From contig NC_086097.1 of NCBI RefSeq assembly GCF_963921235.1, positions 73,534,001-73,598,000 on the forward strand: a DNA stretch of 64,000 nt. Reading direction: 5' to 3'. Both the position numbers and the translations under genes were made by a program. The DNA is from Mobula hypostoma. Its lineage: Eukaryota. The notes below the pieces were generated by a model. That model worked only from the letters and a program-made list of their open reading frames with translations, ran no database searches and was not told the origin of the DNA. Shown here in pieces: positions 63,131 through 64,000 of this stretch (position 1 is its first letter; every line of letters starts with the position of its first letter).

Positions 63131-63704
63131 GGTCTGGAGTGCGGATTGAGATACAATTGAGGTCTGGGGGAAGGAGAAGATGGCAGCTCGACGCAGCGCG
63201 CGCGGCCGCTCCAAAATGATATCGGTATTTGTTAAGTAGGTACCGTGCACAATCCTGATTTGATGGAGGCAGATGTGAGAAGCACAGAGGAACATCTGGA
63301 GAAAGTTCTGAAATGCCCGCTTCGCTGCTGGTGCTACTGTGCGATCAAGAATCTCCGGAAGGGAAAGCCCCCAACCCCTCGGCTTTGCCTGTTGCCGGGG
63401 TCGGGGTCGAAGCGCTCGGCAGAGATGGTGCTCGGTGCTGGAGGGCAGGTCTGAAGCTCGAAGTTTTCGGATGGACTCAAGAGTCGGCTGTGGTCGGGTG
63501 CTTCCAGGGTGCTGCATCGGCAAGTTTGTGGCGCTGGAGGTTCATGGCAGGAGAGTTTCTCCCTTCTACCGTCTGTGTGAGATGATGGGACTTTCCAGAG
63601 ACTTTAAGACTTTTTTTTTTTTACTGTGCCCATGGTCTGTTCTTTATCAAATTACGGTATTGCTTTGCACTGTTGTAACTATATGTTATAATTATGTGGT
63701 TTTT

Positions 63705-63925
63705 GCAACATACATCAAAGTTGCTGGTGAACGCAGCAGGCCAAGCAGCATCTGTAGGAAGAGGCGCAGTCGACGTTTCAGGCCGAGACCCTTCGTCAGG
63801 ACGAAGGGTCTCGGCCTGAAACGTCGACTGCGCCTCTTCCTACAGATGCTGCTTGGCCTGCTGCGTTCACCAGCAACTTTGATGTATGTTGCTTGAATTT
63901 CCAGCATCTGCAGAATTCCTGTTGT
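63705..63925. mobile_element. Fold-back Penelope pseudo-LTR insertion forming a perfect 93-bp palindrome, with 14-bp TSD
   Basis: Arms 63705-63797 and 63800-63892, loop AG; TSD TTATGTGGTTTTTG at 63692-63705 and 63926-63939. Confidence 0.92.
63767..63802 (-). ncRNA. Minimal hammerhead ribozyme motif
   Basis: Minus strand GTC-CTGACGA-AGG(gtctcgg)CCT-GAAA-CG-TC-GAC. Confidence 0.7.
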
Positions 63926-64000
63926 TTATGTGGTTTTTGGCAGTTTTTTAGTCTTGGTCTGCCTTGTGTTTCTGTGATATCATACTGGAGGAACATTGTA

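Larger units (their letters stand above)
63165..64000 (+). mobile_element. CpG-rich non-coding interspersed repeat related to 37326-37818, interrupted at 63706-63925
   Basis: Collinear similarity to 37326-37818; runs off the window. Confidence 0.65.

Noticed and set aside
63339..63996. ORFs with mirrored peptides on both strands
   Set aside because: Artefact of the perfect palindrome.

Overview
Repeat-dense eukaryotic DNA. The mix of CR1/HER1-type LINEs, Rex/Babar LINEs and Penelope-like elements suggests a cartilaginous fish, probably a ray (inference). One candidate protein-coding gene runs on the minus strand as five phase-compatible exons between about 19.8 and 38.5 kb; it has a C-terminal coiled coil and I cannot name it. 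The remainder is nested transposable elements: a young CR1 with an uninterrupted EN-RT ORF (33.0-36.1 kb), many decayed CR1, Rex/Babar and RTE fragments, hAT and probable Chapaev-type transposase remnants, a pogo/Tigger-like MITE, an L1 3' end and an old Gypsy relic. Two systems stand out. (1) A very young 5.0-kb Gmr1-type LTR element (55622-60621) with two 881-bp LTRs differing at only 2 positions I could find, a GCAT TSD, a tRNA-Pro-like PBS and a PPT. Its single 988-aa ORF keeps Gag and protease, while integrase, RT and RNase H are reduced to in-frame stumps with no recognisable catalytic cores. (2) A family of Penelope-derived elements carrying a minimal hammerhead-ribozyme motif; it repeatedly inserts as self-inverted fold-back units with 13-14-bp TSDs, including a perfect 93-bp palindrome at 63705-63892. 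Family assignments are from motif recognition only; no searches were run.
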